Shown here piece by piece: positions 28,055-39,043 of a DNA stretch of 64,000 nt. The stretch covers positions 14,265 through 78,264 of the forward strand of contig JBBQSO010000015.1 of assembly GCA_038213805.1 (NCBI GenBank). Direction: 5' to 3'. The position numbers and the translations under genes are program-made. Position 1 is the stretch's first letter. Every line of letters begins with the position of its first letter. The notes below the pieces were generated by a model. That model saw nothing but the letters and a program-made list of their open reading frames with translations, had not been told where the DNA came from and made no database searches. The DNA is from Planctomycetota bacterium (GTDB lineage Bacteria > Planctomycetota > UBA11346).

Positions 28055-31000
28055 TCCCTGGTCAGGGTCTGGTCGAGATTCAGCAGCACGTTGGCGACCA
28101 CCACCAGCGCTGCGAGGTCGGCGCGGGGGACGCCGGCGTCTTCACCGCTGGCGAGCTTCTCCGCGGCGGCGGGATCGTCCGCGTAGCGCCGGTACTCGCG
28201 CGCGTAGAGCTCGCCGAGCGCCTTCGCCTGGCGCGCGTCGGCAGTGTGCGCCGTGCACAGCCGGAAGCCGTACTCGCAGCGGCTGGCCGGCGTCGCGCCG
28301 CCCTCACGCGCCAGGCGCCGCGCCAGGCCGCGCGCGGCGTCGACGAAAGCGACGTCGTTGAGCGTGACCAGCGCCTGCAGCGGCGTGTCGGTGCGCGGCC
28401 GGCGCAGCATGCAGACCTCGCGGCTGGGCGCGTCGAAGGTGGTGAATGCGGGATAGGGCGAAGAGCGCTTCCAGAAGGTGTAGAGGCCGCGTCGGTAGCG
28501 CTCCTCGCCGGAACTAGTCTCCCAGCGGTCTCCATTATAGGGGGTGTCCCAGATGCCGTCCGGCTGCAGCGGGAAGACCGACGGTCCGCCTATGCGGTTG
28601 CTGAGCAGCCCCGCCGCGGACAGCGCCACGTCGCGCACCATCTCGGCCTCGACGCGGAAGCGCGGCGCACGCGCAAGCAGGCGGTTGGCGGGATCGCGTT
28701 CGAGCTTGGCAGCGCCGACGTGGGCGCCCTGGCGGTAGGTGGCCGACATGACGAGGGTGCGCAGCAGGCGCTTGACCTGCCAGCCGTGGCTTACGAAATC
28801 GCTGGCCAGCCAGTCGAGCAGCTCGGGATGCGTGGGCGGCTGGCCCTGCACTCCGAAGTCGTCGCTGCTGGCGACGATGCCGGTGCCGAAGATCTGTTCC
28901 CAGAAACGGTTCACGGTCACGCGCGCGGTCAGCGGATTGCCGGGCGCGACCAGCCAGCGCGCCAGCGTCAGACGGTTGGCGACGCCGCCGGACGGCAGCG
29001 GCGGCAGCGCGGCAGGCACGTCGGCGGTGACCGTATCGCCCTTCACCAGCCAGGCGCCGCGCACGTGGATGGCGGTGGTCGGTGCGCCGTCGCCCGGACG
29101 CTCGTGCATCACCATGGCGGTGGCAGCGGACGGTCCCTTGGCGGCGGCAAGCAGCTCCGCCTGGCGTGCGCGCGCCGACGCCAGCGCCGGGGCGATGCCG
29201 CGGTACCATGCCATGACCACGGCCTGCTGCGCGGGCGCGCGCGCGTCGACCGCGACGGCCAGCGCCGCGACTACCTCATCCGGCATGGTGGCCGTGGATG
29301 GCGTGGCGCTGGCGGTGGCGGCCAGGCGCAGGCGGCCGAGCAGGTGCTGGCCGTACGGCGATTGCTGCGCCAGCGTCGCGACCAGGCGCGCGCCGGCGGG
29401 CAGGTCGAGCGGCGCGCAGGTGAAGACCGCGGTGTGCGCCTTGCCGGTGCCGCCGGACACCGCCCAACCGCTCTCCGGCTTGGCGTCGATCGCGTCGGCG
29501 ACCGGGAAACCGTCCTGCGCATAATCGGCGGTGGCGGCGATCAGGCGCACCGCGAGCGCGCCCGGCTCGATCGTCAGATGCAGATCGGTCAGCACGAAGT
29601 TGCCGTTGCCCGCCGCGCCCGGCCCCATGCCCGGCAGGCTGGGATCGGTCAGCAGCTCGAGGCGCAGCGCGGTCAGGCGCTGCAGTCCCAACGGCGCGCT
29701 GACGGTGTAGACATCGCTCGGGGCCGGCGTGCTCGCCAGCACACTGCCATCGCCCAGGACTTTCAGCGCGGTGCCCTTGGCGCTGGTCGCGGCGCTCGGC
29801 GCGAGCACCTGCCAGCCGCTGCCCGCGCTCTGCGCCTCCCACGCCCGTTCTGCCGCGCGCAGCTCCGCGGTATCCTCAGCCAGCGTGCGCGCGAGCGTGG
29901 TCAACTCGCTCTCGCGCGCCGCACGCTCCTCTGCGCTGGCGGTGTCGACCTCCACGGTCGGCTCATCCGCATTGTCGAAGAAGGCCAGGAAGCGGTAGAA
30001 TTCGCGCTGCGTGAACGGGTCGTACTTGTGGTTGTGGCACTGCGCGCACTGCAGGGTGCTGCCCAGCCACACCTCGGCGGTGGTGCCGACGCGGTCGACC
30101 AGGGTGTTCCAGCGCGCCTCGCCGCGGTCGACGCCATCCTCCTCGTTGATCAGGGTGTTGCGGTGGAAGCCGGTGGCGATGACGTCCTGCGGGGTGGCGC
30201 CGGGCAGCATGTCCCCGGCGAGCTGAGCGATGGTGAACTGGTCGAAGGGCAGGTCGCGATTGAAGGCGGCGATCACCCAGTCGCGCCACGGCCACTGGCT
30301 GCGCTTGCGGTCCTTTTCATAGCCCTGCGAATCGGCATAGCGCGCGAGGTCGAGCCACGGCCGCGCCCAACGCTCGCCGAAGCGTGGCGAGGCGAGCAGG
30401 CGGTCGACCAGCGCCGCGTAGGCGCCCGGGCTGCGGTCGGCGAGGAAGGCGTCGAGCTCGGCCGGACCCGGCGGCAGGCCGGTGAGGTCGAGGGCCAGGC
30501 GCCGCGCCAGGGTCGCTGGATCGGCTTCCGGCTCTGGCGCAAGGTGCTCGCGTTCGAGCCGGGAAAGTATGAATGCGTCGATTGGATTGCGCACCCAGCG
30601 CGCGTCCGTGACCGCAGGCGGCACCGGACTGGATGGCGGCACATAGGCCCAGTGCACCGGCTTGGCCGCCGCCGTGGTCGCGCCCTGCGGCCAGGTCGCG
30701 CCCTCGTCGATCCAGCGCGCGACCAGCGCGATCTGCGCCGCACTGAAGGCCGGCTTGTCCTTGGGCATGCGCGGATCGTCGCCCAGTCCCTGCAGACGCT
30801 TGATGAGCAGGCTGTCCGCCGCCTTGCCCGGCACCAGGGTCGCGCCATTCGCTCCGCCCAGCAGCGCGCGCTCGCGGCTGTCCAGACGCAGGTCGCCCTT
30901 CTGCTTCTTCTCGCCGTGGCAGGCGAGGCAGGTCTGCGCGAAGAGCGGCTCGATGTCGCGCGCGAAGTCCACCGGCGTCTCGGCGGCGAAGCCGGCACGC

Positions 31001-31098
31001 GACCACCCGATGAGCACGCCAATGACGATGGAAACGCCCCCGCGCAGAGTCTTTGCAGCGCGCAGCCTGAAGGGGGGGGAGCGTGGGACGACGGGCAT
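28051..31098 (-). CDS. Planctomycete cytochrome c / DUF1549 (PSD1) / DUF1553 protein
   Basis: CLACH and CAQCH heme motifs, [50 protein letters not shown]. Start uncertain (31098 ATG or 31149 GTG). Confidence 0.92.
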   Translation of the reverse strand: MPVVPRSPPFRLRAAKTLRGGVSIVIGVLIGWSRAGFAAETPVDFARDIEPLFAQTCLACHGEKKQKGDLRLDSRERALLGGANGATLVPGKAADSLLIKRLQGLGDDPRMPKDKPAFSAAQIALVARWIDEGATWPQGATTAAAKPVHWAYVPPSSPVPPAVTDARWVRNPIDAFILSRLEREHLAPEPEADPATLARRLALDLTGLPPGPAELDAFLADRSPGAYAALVDRLLASPRFGERWARPWLDLARYADSQGYEKDRKRSQWPWRDWVIAAFNRDLPFDQFTIAQLAGDMLPGATPQDVIATGFHRNTLINEEDGVDRGEARWNTLVDRVGTTAEVWLGSTLQCAQCHNHKYDPFTQREFYRFLAFFDNADEPTVEVDTASAEERAARESELTTLARTLAEDTAELRAAERAWEAQSAGSGWQVLAPSAATSAKGTALKVLGDGSVLASTPAPSDVYTVSAPLGLQRLTALRLELLTDPSLPGMGPGAAGNGNFVLTDLHLTIEPGALAVRLIAATADYAQDGFPVADAIDAKPESGWAVSGGTGKAHTAVFTCAPLDLPAGARLVATLAQQSPYGQHLLGRLRLAATASATPSTATMPDEVVAALAVAVDARAPAQQAVVMAWYRGIAPALASARARQAELLAAAKGPSAATAMVMHERPGDGAPTTAIHVRGAWLVKGDTVTADVPAALPPLPSGGVANRLTLARWLVAPGNPLTARVTVNRFWEQIFGTGIVASSDDFGVQGQPPTHPELLDWLASDFVSHGWQVKRLLRTLVMSATYRQGAHVGAAKLERDPANRLLARAPRFRVEAEMVRDVALSAAGLLSNRIGGPSVFPLQPDGIWDTPYNGDRWETSSGEERYRRGLYTFWKRSSPYPAFTTFDAPSREVCMLRRPRTDTPLQALVTLNDVAFVDAARGLARRLAREGGATPASRCEYGFRLCTAHTADARQAKALGELYAREYRRYADDPAAAEKLASGEDAGVPRADLAALVVVANVLLNLDQTLTRE

Positions 31099-31354
31099 CG
31101 TGGGAGTCCAACGAGGTCGGTGCGGGCCACCCTCATATGTGCTGCGCACGGAGCGCCTTTCAGGGAGAAGTGCGGAACTGGAAGCGCGTCAGCGGAACTG
31201 GTTGAGCACATGTTTCTGGTACCTCACTCCTTCCATCCTCCTGCCCTGCCCTTCCGCTTCCCCCCTGGACCCCGTGAAAGGCCGCCCATCCTGGACACAT
31301 AGTGCCATGTACCGGTGGCGCCCAAGGCAGCCCCTCAACGCAGGAAGGACAGCG

Positions 31355-31981
31355 ATGTCGGCGACGCCCGGCGACGACCCGATCGACCAAGCCATCGTGC
31401 GCGTGCGCGCCGGTGACCGCGAGGCGTTCCGCACCGTCATCACCGCCTGCGAGGCGTCGCTGCGTGTGCTGGTCGCCGCCATCCTGCCCCAGGTCGCGAC
31501 GGTCGACGACGTGGTGCAGAAGAGCCTGGTCACCGCCTATTTCCGCCTCGACCAATACACGTTAGGGACCTCGTTCATGGCCTGGGTGGCGACCATCGCG
31601 CGTTACCAGGCGCTCAACGAGCGGCGCCGCTGGCTGGCCGAGCACGCCTTCAAGCAGCGCCTGCGCGGCGAGCGCCGCCTCGACCAGGCGCTGCACGGTG
31701 GGGACGAGGTCTCGCCGTTCGCCGATGAACGTCTGCTCAGTCGCCTCGGCGATTGCCTGGCCTGTCTGCGCGACCTGCCCGCCGCCATCGTGCGCGCCCA
31801 CTATCTTGAGCAGGTGCCGGTCGCCGAGCTGGCGGCCCGCCACGGGCGCAGCGCCGACTGGGTGCACCTAGTGCTGCACCGCGCGCGCCGCGCGCTGCGC
31901 ACCTGCCTGATCGCCAAGGCGGGCGGTCAGGTGGCCGGGCTGACGGATGGCGATCCCGCAGGAGCCGCGCATGGCGCCTGA
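31355..31981 (+). CDS. ECF sigma-70 factor
   Basis: GDREAF, DDVVQ, SFMAWVATIARYQALN, C-terminal HTH (ELAARHGRSADWVHLVLHRARRALRTCL). AGGAAGG RBS. Confidence 0.9.
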   Translation: MSATPGDDPIDQAIVRVRAGDREAFRTVITACEASLRVLVAAILPQVATVDDVVQKSLVTAYFRLDQYTLGTSFMAWVATIARYQALNERRRWLAEHAFKQRLRGERRLDQALHGGDEVSPFADERLLSRLGDCLACLRDLPAAIVRAHYLEQVPVAELAARHGRSADWVHLVLHRARRALRTCLIAKAGGQVAGLTDGDPAGAAHGA

Positions 31982-34133
31982 CCACGACCAGCTGGTGCGC
32001 CGACTCGCCGCCGGCGAGCGTTCGGCCGAGGTGCTCGAAGGCCTCGCCGCGGCCTGTGCCGGGGATGCCGAACTGCGCGACGCGCTGCGCGACGACCAGG
32101 CCATCGCGCGCGCGCTCAGCGAGCTCGCCCGGCCCGCGCTCGACGCGGCGCCGGTGCTTGCCGCCATCGCGGGTTCGCGCAGCCCGACCCTCCAGGATCA
32201 GGTGATGGCGGGCATCGCGGCCCGCGACCGGCGCACGGCGCCGCACCACCCCTGGCGCTGGCGCGCGCTCGCCGCCTCGCTGCTGGTCGGCTGCGCGCTT
32301 TCGGCGATCGCCATCAGCGACCATTGGCAGGTCTCGCACGAGCCGCTTGCCACCCTGCACATCCTGCCCCAGGGCGCGCGCTGGCCGGCCGGCGCCAGCG
32401 CCGGGCAGCACGAGGGCGCGCGCGTGCGCCCCGGCCCGATCGCCTTCGCCGCCGGCGCCATCGAGCTCGACTTCGACAACCAGGCGGTGCTGCTCATCGA
32501 AGGCCCGGCACGCTTCGAGGTGCTTTCGCCCCTGCGCGTGCGCCTCGACCAGGGCCGCGTCACGACGCGCATCCCGGCGTCGGCGCACGGCTTCACCATC
32601 GCCGCCGCCGGCCTGCGCGTCATCGACCTCGGCACTGAAATCGGCGTCGCGCTCGCCACCGACGGCAGCGCCGACGTCCAGGTCTACGCCGGCGCCGCGC
32701 AGCTGGTGCTCGATAGCGGCGCGGCGCGGCGGGCCGAGGCGGGCGACGCCGTGCGCCTCGATCCGCAGGCCGACCGCATCGCCGCCATCACCTTCGTGCC
32801 GGGACGCTTCCTGCGCAGCGGCCCGCTGCGCGCGCTCGACATCGACCTCGCCGACCTGGTCGGCGGCGGCGACGGGCGCGGCGGCGCGACCAGCGATGGC
32901 ATCGATCTGCTCACCGGCAATCTGCACTCGCTGCTCTCGCAGGGTGGCATCCACGGCGACCGCGCCTTCCACGCGGTGCCGGGCCAGCCGCTGGTCGCGG
33001 GCGTGTTCGTGCCCGACGCGGCCGCGGACGTGCCGATCACGCCCGACGGCGCGACCTGGCGCTTCCCGCTCGCCGGTGGTTCGGCCTACGACTCGGTGCG
33101 CCGCGGCCCCTTCCTGATCCGCCCGCCCGACGGCGGCATCCCCGGCATCCGTCACCAGCCCGAGATCTTCGGCGGCACCGATTTCTCAGGCCCCGGCCAC
33201 ACCCAGGTGGGCATGCACGCCAACGCCGGGATCACCATCGACCTGCAGGAGGTAGGGCGCGTCCACGGTGGCCGCGCCGCGCGCTTCACCGCGCTCGCCG
33301 CCAACAGCGCGCCGCGCCGCCTTGCTCCGGCGCTGTGCACGCTGCCCAGCGCAGCCGGCGCGGAGGTGCGCTGGTCGGCGCTGGCCGGGGTGCATGCCAG
33401 CACCGCCGCGGGCACGGTGCTGACCGAGCGCGACGATGGCGCGCTGCTCGCCAGCGCGCCAGCCAAACGCGACACCTACACTGTGCGCGGTGACCTCGGC
33501 GGCGACCGCCTCAGCGCAGTGCGTCTCGAGGTCCTGCCCGATGCACACCTCGGCGGCCACGGGCCGGGCGCGGCGACCAACGGCAATTTCATCCTCACCG
33601 GCGCGCACTTCGCGCTGGTCGGTCCCGCCGGTCGGCGCGAGCTCACCCTGGTCGGCGCAGTCGCTGACTTTTCGCAGTCCGGCTGGTCCATCGGCAGCAC
33701 CGTGATCGGCGATGGCACCCTCGGCTGGGGCATCGTGCCCGAGACCGGCGCGCCGCACCACGCGGTGTTCTTCCTCGATCCGGTGGCGGTCGCCGCGGGC
33801 GAGCGCCTCGAGGTGCGCCTCGAGCAGCAGCAGCGCAATTACGACCAGCACCTGATCGGCTGCTTCCGTCTGGCCGCCACCGGTGACCGCGATCCCGCGC
33901 GTGGACTGGCCGCGGGCGGCACCTTCCTGACCGTGCTGCTCGATGGACAGCTGGTGCAGCGCAGCGTCATTCCCCTGGTGGACCAGCCCGCCTCGCGTAT
34001 CGATGTCGCCATCCCGGCCGGTGCGCGCTGGCTGACCATCGCCACCAGCGACGGTGGCTTCGGCGATGGCTTCCAATGGGGCACCCTGGGTGATGCGCGC
34101 ATCACCCTCGAGCCGGCCGCGCCCGCGCCCTGA
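31971..34133 (+). CDS. FecR-type anti-sigma factor with NPCBM-like and inserted beta-sandwich domains
   Basis: Overlaps the sigma stop. TM helix, FecR motifs (LIEGPARF, GFTI, VIDLGTEIGV), GMHANAGITIDL, C-terminal LDG...IDVAIP..ARWLTIATSDGG. Confidence 0.85.
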   Translation: MAPDHDQLVRRLAAGERSAEVLEGLAAACAGDAELRDALRDDQAIARALSELARPALDAAPVLAAIAGSRSPTLQDQVMAGIAARDRRTAPHHPWRWRALAASLLVGCALSAIAISDHWQVSHEPLATLHILPQGARWPAGASAGQHEGARVRPGPIAFAAGAIELDFDNQAVLLIEGPARFEVLSPLRVRLDQGRVTTRIPASAHGFTIAAAGLRVIDLGTEIGVALATDGSADVQVYAGAAQLVLDSGAARRAEAGDAVRLDPQADRIAAITFVPGRFLRSGPLRALDIDLADLVGGGDGRGGATSDGIDLLTGNLHSLLSQGGIHGDRAFHAVPGQPLVAGVFVPDAAADVPITPDGATWRFPLAGGSAYDSVRRGPFLIRPPDGGIPGIRHQPEIFGGTDFSGPGHTQVGMHANAGITIDLQEVGRVHGGRAARFTALAANSAPRRLAPALCTLPSAAGAEVRWSALAGVHASTAAGTVLTERDDGALLASAPAKRDTYTVRGDLGGDRLSAVRLEVLPDAHLGGHGPGAATNGNFILTGAHFALVGPAGRRELTLVGAVADFSQSGWSIGSTVIGDGTLGWGIVPETGAPHHAVFFLDPVAVAAGERLEVRLEQQQRNYDQHLIGCFRLAATGDRDPARGLAAGGTFLTVLLDGQLVQRSVIPLVDQPASRIDVAIPAGARWLTIATSDGGFGDGFQWGTLGDARITLEPAAPAP

Positions 34134-34215
34134 CCCCGCTGAAACATCCGCCACGCCGACGGCGACCGCCCGTATACGCTTTCCATCCTTCCGACCCACG
34201 CCCCCAAGGAACCCC

Positions 34216-35244
34216 ATGCTCGTCCACGCGTCCTCCAGCTCCCCGCGCCATTTCCTGACCAGCCTCGCCGCCGGCCTCGCCTGCGTGGTCGCCGCCGCGA
34301 CCGCGGGCGGCGCCGCCGAGGGCGAACTCGGCCAGGGCGCCTACCGCTACCACGTCCTGCCCGGCTGGGGCGACGTCAGCGCCGCGAACATCCCGCTGCA
34401 CGACTGCCACGCCATGCGCATGGACAGCAAGGGCCGCATCGTGCTGATCAACAACGGCGGCAACAACAACGTCATCATCTACGACCGCGCCAGCGGCAAG
34501 ATGCTGCAGACCTGGGGCACCACGTATCCGGGCGTGCACGGCCTGCAGGTCGTGCCGGGCGCGGATGGCGACCACGTGTGGCTTACCGACCACGACCGCC
34601 ACCAGGTGATCGAGGCGACCATCGACGGCAAGGAGCTGCGCACCTTCGACTGGCCCGAGGGCCACGAGCCGTACACCAAGAAGGACCAGTACAAGCCGAC
34701 CGACATCGAGTTCGGCGATAAAGGCGACTTCTACGTCTTCGACGGCTATGGTCAGGCCACCGTCATCCACTATGCCGCCGACGGCAAGATCCTGCGCATC
34801 TTCGGCGGCAAGGGCGACAAGCCCGAGAACCTCAACACCCCGCACGGCGGCATCATCGACCGCCGCGACCCGGCCAAGCCGGTGCTGCTGGTCGCTTCGC
34901 GCGGGCAGCAGGCGATCAAGCGCTTCACCCTGGACGGCGACTACATCGACGCCATCCCGATGCCCGGCGCTGACGTCTGCGACGTGTTCATCTTCAAGGG
35001 CGACCTCTACGTGCCCAACCTCAACGGTTACGTGTCGATCCTCGACCAGACCGGCAAGGTGGTCTCAAACGTCGCCGGCAGCGCACCCGCCTACGACCCC
35101 GAGGGCCACCTCACCAAGATGTCCAGCACCGGTGACACCTTCATCCATCCGCATAACCTCTTCGTCGACCCCGATGGCGCGATCTACGTCGCGCAGTGGA
35201 ACTCGAAGGGCACGCACCCGATCAAGCTGGAGCGGGCGAAGTAA
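34216..35244 (+). CDS. Secreted NHL-repeat six-bladed beta-propeller (PAL-like)
   Basis: Signal peptide, HGL, PTDIEF...YVFDGYG, TPHG, HPHNLFVD.DG.IYVAQWN. Confidence 0.82.
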   Translation: MLVHASSSSPRHFLTSLAAGLACVVAAATAGGAAEGELGQGAYRYHVLPGWGDVSAANIPLHDCHAMRMDSKGRIVLINNGGNNNVIIYDRASGKMLQTWGTTYPGVHGLQVVPGADGDHVWLTDHDRHQVIEATIDGKELRTFDWPEGHEPYTKKDQYKPTDIEFGDKGDFYVFDGYGQATVIHYAADGKILRIFGGKGDKPENLNTPHGGIIDRRDPAKPVLLVASRGQQAIKRFTLDGDYIDAIPMPGADVCDVFIFKGDLYVPNLNGYVSILDQTGKVVSNVAGSAPAYDPEGHLTKMSSTGDTFIHPHNLFVDPDGAIYVAQWNSKGTHPIKLERAK

Positions 35245-35285
35245 GCGACTGAGACGGCTGGCGAATCGCCAGCGCACATCGCCTG

Positions 35286-35318
35286 AAAGACCGCGCCCGA
35301 CCGGGTGCGGTTTTTTTT
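35286..35318 (+). terminator. Rho-independent terminator
   Basis: Stem ACCGCGCCC / GGGTGCGGT followed by a run of T's. Confidence 0.85.
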
Positions 35319-35458
35319 GCATGCCTTACCGGCCGAACGCTGCGGCCTGTACCGCAGACCAGGCCGCTGGGAGGGGATCGAGCGCCAGCCCACGGGTGTG
35401 CGCTGGCGCGAAATGGTGCACGTGCGCGTGCGAACAGGCCGCGCTTGACTCCCGGTAC

Positions 35459-35479
35459 ATAGTGTATTAAATACACCAT
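35459..35479 (+). promoter_or_regulatory. NrtR-type operator upstream of pncB-nadE
   Basis: 21-bp AT-rich near-palindrome ATAGTGTATTAAATACACCAT with GT-N7-AC core, 13 bp before the pncB ATG and downstream of a TTGACT -35. Confidence 0.75.
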
Positions 35480-35492
35480 AGAGGAAGCGCCC

Positions 35493-36968
35493 ATGGACGG
35501 TCAAGCCCTGCTCACCGATCTCTACCAGCTGACCATGGCTTACGGCTACTGGCGCAGCGGCACGGCCGAGCACGAGGCGGTCTTCCACCTGCATTTCCGC
35601 AAGCCGCCTTTCGGCAGCGGCTACACCGTTGCGGCCGGGCTGGGGCTGGCACTCGACTGGCTGCGCGAGTTCCGCTTCGCGGCTGACGATCTCGCCTACC
35701 TCGCGACCATCCCGGGCAACGACGGCAAGCCGATTTTCGCAGCGGAGTTCCTCGACTATCTCGGCGGGCTGCGCCTGACCGTCGACCTCGACGCCATGCC
35801 CGAGGGCACGGTGGTGTTTCCGCACCAGCCGCTGGTCCGCGTGCGCGGGCCCATCGTGCAGGGACAGCTGCTCGAGACCGCGCTGCTGTGCCTGATCAAC
35901 TTCAACAGCCTGGTCGCGACCAAGGCCGCGCGCATCTGCCAGGCCGCGCGCGGCGAGCCGGTCCTGGAGTTCGGTCTGCGCCGCGCGCAGGGTCTCGACG
36001 GCGCGCTGAGCGCCAGCCGCGCCGCCTACATCGGCGGTTGCGCCTCGACCTCGAACGTGCTGGCCGGCAAGCGCTACGGCATCCCGGTGCGCGGCACGCA
36101 CGCGCACAGCTGGGTGATGTCGTTCGACGACGAACTCGCCGCCTTCGAGGCCTACGCGCGGGCGATGCCCAACAACTGCGTCTTCCTGGTCGACACCTAC
36201 GACACCATCCAGGGCGTGCAGCACGCCATCACCGTGGCGCACCAGCTGCGCGCGCGCGGCCACGAGATCGTCGGCATCCGCCTCGACTCGGGCGACCTCG
36301 CCTGGCTGTCCATCCAGGCGCGCGCGCTGCTCGACGAGGCCGGCTTCCCCAAGGCGGTGATCGTCGCCTCGAACGACCTCGACGAGCGCACCATCGCCAG
36401 CATCAAGGACCAGGGCGGCACCATCGCGGTGTGGGGCGTCGGCACCAAGCTGGTCACCGCCTACGACCAGCCCGCGCTCGGCGGCGTCTACAAGCTCGCC
36501 GCGATCCGCGCGCCGGGCGGGCCGTGGCGCCCCAAGCTCAAGCTCAGCGAACAGGCGGTGAAGGTCTCGAACCCCGGCATCCAGAACGTGCGCCGCTTCA
36601 GCGCCTGCGGCGAGGCCGTCGGCGACGTGATCTGGGACGAACTGCACGGCGAGCCCGGCGAGTGGGTGATGGTCGATCCCACCGACCCGACCCGGCGCCG
36701 GCGCCTGGGCCTGGCCACGGAGCACGGAGCGGCGATGACTGCGTCGGACCTGCTGGTCCCGATCCTGCGCGCCGGTCAGCCGGTCTACCAGCAACCGCCG
36801 CTCGCCGAGGTCCGCGCCCACGCTCAGGCCCAGCTCGCGCTCTTCCATCCCGGCATCAAGCGCCTGGACAATCCGCACCAGTACCCGGTCGGGCTGGAGC
36901 AGGGGCTGCATGAGCGTAAGACCGCGTTGATCCTGGCTGCGCGCGCGGGTCTGACGGCTTCAGCTTGA
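35493..36968 (+). CDS. pncB: Nicotinate phosphoribosyltransferase
   Basis: [51 protein letters not shown]. Confidence 0.95.
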   Translation: MDGQALLTDLYQLTMAYGYWRSGTAEHEAVFHLHFRKPPFGSGYTVAAGLGLALDWLREFRFAADDLAYLATIPGNDGKPIFAAEFLDYLGGLRLTVDLDAMPEGTVVFPHQPLVRVRGPIVQGQLLETALLCLINFNSLVATKAARICQAARGEPVLEFGLRRAQGLDGALSASRAAYIGGCASTSNVLAGKRYGIPVRGTHAHSWVMSFDDELAAFEAYARAMPNNCVFLVDTYDTIQGVQHAITVAHQLRARGHEIVGIRLDSGDLAWLSIQARALLDEAGFPKAVIVASNDLDERTIASIKDQGGTIAVWGVGTKLVTAYDQPALGGVYKLAAIRAPGGPWRPKLKLSEQAVKVSNPGIQNVRRFSACGEAVGDVIWDELHGEPGEWVMVDPTDPTRRRRLGLATEHGAAMTASDLLVPILRAGQPVYQQPPLAEVRAHAQAQLALFHPGIKRLDNPHQYPVGLEQGLHERKTALILAARAGLTASA

Positions 36969-37058
36969 GTCGCTAGGCTCCGGACATGAACTTTCATTCT
37001 CGACTTCGCGCATCGCCTGGCTTCCCGAGCGCGTAGCACCTCCCCCAAGCACACGCAC

Positions 37059-39038
37059 ATGACCACCCTCCGCCTCGCCGCCGCCATCCTTAACCAGACC
37101 CCGCTCGACTGGGACGGCAACCAGGCGCGCATCGTCGCCGCGCTGCGCGCCGCGCGCCAGCAGGACGTGGCCATGCTCTGCCTGCCGGAGCTGTGCATCA
37201 CCGGCTACGGCTGCGAGGACGCCTTCCACGGTCTCGATGTGGTCGCGCAGGCCGAGCGCGTACTGCTCGAAGTGCTGCCCGAGACCGTCGGTCTGGTGGT
37301 GTGCATCGGCCTGCCCTGGCTGCACCACCGCGCGCTGTTCAACACCGTGGCGGTGGTCGCCGATGGCGTGGTGCTGGGCCTGGTCGCCAAGCAGCACCTC
37401 GCCGGCGACGGCATCCACTACGAACCGCGCTGGTTCAAGCCCTGGCAGGAAGGCCTGGTCGCGGCCACGATCGTCGGTGGGCGCGAGGTGCCGATGGGCG
37501 ACCTGCTCTTCGACGTCGGCGGCGTGCGCTTCGGCTTCGAGATCTGCGAAGACGCCTGGGTCGCGGGACGCTCGGGCGTGCGTCTCGCCGCCTTCGGCGC
37601 CGACGTCATCCTCAACCCGTCGGCCAGCCACTTCGCCTTCGGCAAGCTGGCGGTGCGCCACCGCTTCGTCATCGAGGGCAGCCGCGCCTTCGGCTGCGCC
37701 TACGTCTACGCCAACCTGCTCGGCAACGAGGCCGGCCGCGCGATCTACGATGGCGGCGCGCTGATCGCCGCCGGCGGGCGCATCCTGGTCCAGGGCCAGC
37801 GCCTCGGCTTCCATGAGTGGGACCTGACCGCCGCCACCGTCGACATCGCGGCTGCGCGCCTTGCCCAGGCGCGCAGCGCCAGCTTCGCGCCCGCGCTGGG
37901 CGAGCACCCCGGCCTGGTGCGCGCCGCGCACCGCTGGGTTGACGCCGGCGTGCCGGCCGCGCCGCTGCCGGTCGCCACCTGGGAGGGGGTCGCGGCGCTC
38001 AAGGAGGAGGAGTTCACCCGCGCCGAGACCCTGGCCCTCTTCGACTACCTGCGCAAGAGCCGCAGCCAGGGCTTCGTGGTCAGCCTCAGCGGCGGCTGTG
38101 ATTCGACCGCGGTGGTGGCGCTGATCGCGCTGATGGTGGCGCGCGGCCTGGCCGAGCTCGGCGTCACGGAATTCTGCGCCCGCCTCGCGCACATCCCCAC
38201 GCTGCTCGGCTGCGCGGACGCGCCCGCGCTCACCGCGCGGCTGCTCACCACCGTCTACCAGGGCACCGCCAACAGCAGTGCGGTCACCCGCGACGCGGCG
38301 CGCACGGTGGCGGCGGCGCTTGGCTCGCGCCATCTCGAACTCGACGTCGAGCCCTTCGTGCAGGGCTACACCGCCGCGGTCGGCGCCGCGCTCGGCCGCG
38401 CCCCGGACTGGCGGCGCGACGACCTCGCCCTGCAGAACATCCAGGCGCGGGCGCGTGCCCCGGGCGTGTGGCTGGTCGCCAACCTCGAAGACAAGCTGCT
38501 GCTCGCCACCAGCAACCGCAGCGAGGCCGCGGTCGGCTACACCACCATGGACGGCGATACCTGCGGCGGCCTCAGCCCGATCGCCGGGATCGACAAGGCG
38601 TTTCTGCGCCGCTGGCTGGAATGGGTGGAATGCGCCGGCCCGCACGGCCACGCGCCGCTGCCCGTACTCGTCGTCGTCACCCGCCAGCGCTCGACTCCAG
38701 AACTACGCCCCGTTGGCGCCGCGCAGCGCAGCGAGGACGACCTCATGCCCTTCCCGGTGCTCGACCGGATCGAACGCCTCGCCATCCGCGACAAGCTGCC
38801 GCCCAAGGCCATCCTGCCGCACCTCTGCGTCGAATTCCCCGCCCACGGCCCGGCGCAGCTGCGCGCCTGGCTGGCGCGCTTCTTCACCCTGTGGTGCCGC
38901 AACCAGTGGAAGCGCGAGCGCTTCGCGCCGGCGTTCCATCTGGACGATGAAAATCTGGATCCGAAGACGTGGTGCCGGTTCCCGATCCTGTCGGGCGGAT
39001 TCCGGCGGGAACTCACGGAATTGGCAGAGGGAACCTAG
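37059..39038 (+). CDS. nadE: Glutamine-dependent NAD+ synthetase
   Basis: Nitrilase domain (PELCITGYGCED, EICEDAW) plus SLSGGCDS, QNIQARAR, TSNRSE, NQWKR. Confidence 0.95.
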   Translation: MTTLRLAAAILNQTPLDWDGNQARIVAALRAARQQDVAMLCLPELCITGYGCEDAFHGLDVVAQAERVLLEVLPETVGLVVCIGLPWLHHRALFNTVAVVADGVVLGLVAKQHLAGDGIHYEPRWFKPWQEGLVAATIVGGREVPMGDLLFDVGGVRFGFEICEDAWVAGRSGVRLAAFGADVILNPSASHFAFGKLAVRHRFVIEGSRAFGCAYVYANLLGNEAGRAIYDGGALIAAGGRILVQGQRLGFHEWDLTAATVDIAAARLAQARSASFAPALGEHPGLVRAAHRWVDAGVPAAPLPVATWEGVAALKEEEFTRAETLALFDYLRKSRSQGFVVSLSGGCDSTAVVALIALMVARGLAELGVTEFCARLAHIPTLLGCADAPALTARLLTTVYQGTANSSAVTRDAARTVAAALGSRHLELDVEPFVQGYTAAVGAALGRAPDWRRDDLALQNIQARARAPGVWLVANLEDKLLLATSNRSEAAVGYTTMDGDTCGGLSPIAGIDKAFLRRWLEWVECAGPHGHAPLPVLVVVTRQRSTPELRPVGAAQRSEDDLMPFPVLDRIERLAIRDKLPPKAILPHLCVEFPAHGPAQLRAWLARFFTLWCRNQWKRERFAPAFHLDDENLDPKTWCRFPILSGGFRRELTELAEGT

Positions 39039-39043
39039 CGATC

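Noticed and set aside
27868..31302. Long antisense/alternate-frame ORFs (e.g. 1144 aa here; also 6467-8497, 23475-25469, 55465-57453)
   Set aside because: Shadow ORFs expected at high GC; they overlap well-supported genes and have no recognisable motifs.
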